This document shows positions 63,000 to 64,000 of a stretch of 64,000 nt of DNA, one piece after another. Position 1 is the stretch's first letter; each line of letters opens with the position of its first letter. The notes under the pieces were generated by a model that had not been told where the DNA came from, made no database searches, and saw only the letters and a list, made by a program, of their open reading frames with translations. The position numbers were made by a program, and so were the translations under genes. Source of the DNA: Bispira polyomma (taxonomy: Eukaryota); the NCBI GenBank assembly GCA_965649765.1, contig OZ287752.1:76632001-76696000 (forward strand), given 5' to 3'.

Positions 63000-63622
63000 C
63001 AGGGGGGGACAGCAATTCGTGGTGGACAGCATTTCGCCAATTATATGGTCATTATATCTAATCACTGTATAATATTCATTTTAAAGGAATTATTTTCGCA
63101 TTATAATATTCATATAACATACACATGCCTACACCACAAATATATAGAATGCTGTCTGCCTAAATAAATTTTAAATGAATTTAAAGCTAAATAAACAGTG
63201 GTACTGCACAAAATTTGAGGTTGATGATTAGACAGTACTAATGATTGGCTATTGGGCTGTTTTGGGGTTTCTTTTCTGTTTCTCATATTATGTATCATGT
63301 ACATAAACTATTTCATAATATAATTATTATTGTTACAGAAAATTTACAGTAGGTATAGGTAATATTTTAATCTAAATATTTATTATTGTTTGAAAATGGC
63401 GAAATGCTGTCCACTTCTAATCTATATTAACCCAGTGACTTTAGTTTCTAACTTGTGGTTAAAATTCATCAGAAGTACCTAATTAATGTATCTGGATACA
63501 AGTCAGATTTATATGCAATGGAACGACCTCCACAAATTACCAGTGAATTGCCTCAACATTATTTCCTTTTGCTCATATTTGTTAAATTTTCGTGAATTTC
63601 GAGCGAATCGCTGTCCCCCCTG
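63000..63622. mobile_element. TA-flanked Tc1/mariner-like MITE
   Basis: TA|cagggggggacagcaattcg ... cgaatcgctgtcccccctg|TA; inner inverted ggacagcatttcgcca / tggcgaaatgctgtcc. Confidence 0.8.
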
Positions 63623-64000
63623 TATACACAATGTAGTCTCGCTATAACTCCTAGTGTCCATATTTTAACACTCTCACACGAACAGAGTGATCGAAAAACT
63701 GCAATAGACTGGTGTCGACATACAGCGGCAGAAACATGGTATCTAGCAATATAAAAGTCTGTTGTCGACTGTGCTCAACAGACAAGATCGTTGAAAGGTG
63801 AAAAAGGTTATTTTGTACAAAATTTTTTGTTTCATTACATAAACAGAACAACCTTGCTACCATTGGCCAATAAAGGCAGAGTTTACTCAAGGTTTACTGA
63901 ACCATATAAAACAGTCTCTGATAAAAATAAATTGTTGTTTAATACTTTATTTTTTAAGGAAAAAAAGCTAGCACGTTTCGTAACAACACCAAAACTATAT

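Noticed and set aside
54000-64000. Numerous 60-117-aa ORFs in the last 10 kb
   Set aside because: Composition expected from AT-rich non-coding DNA and MITEs; no motifs or consistent exon chain found.

Overview
AT-rich eukaryotic genomic DNA with spliceosomal GT-AG introns. It is probably from an invertebrate, and the TE repertoire suggests a lophotrochozoan or mollusc (inference only). Host genes reconstructed by hand from splice sites and reading phase: (1) a 9-exon, ~1430-aa CILP-like gene (30737-41004, +). Unlike secreted vertebrate CILP, it appears to be a type II membrane protein with a ~345-aa tyrosine-motif-rich cytoplasmic tail, followed by TM, 2x TSP1, carboxypeptidase-regulatory-like domain, Ig, Cys-rich segment, furin site and C-terminal CILP-like region. 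(2) The intact terminal exon of a close paralog (11476-13500, +), whose upstream exons are not in the window. (3) A divergently transcribed 3-exon secreted relative (26254-23799, -): signal peptide, Ig-like domain, Thr/Glu mucin-like 25-aa repeats and the same C-terminal Cys domain. (4) A 10-exon PhyH-family Fe(II)/2-oxoglutarate dioxygenase (53596-43400, -). The rest is mostly transposon debris: two L1/Tx1-type LINEs, a PIF/Harbinger element with convergent MADF and DDE genes, a DIRS fragment, CR1/L2 fragments, tRNA-derived SINEs and many MITEs. The two most unusual observations are an L1-type ORF1 protein fused to an IMPACT/YigZ (UPF0029) domain (4805-5866), and the three-gene CILP-like cluster that pairs a receptor-like form with a secreted mucin-stalk form.
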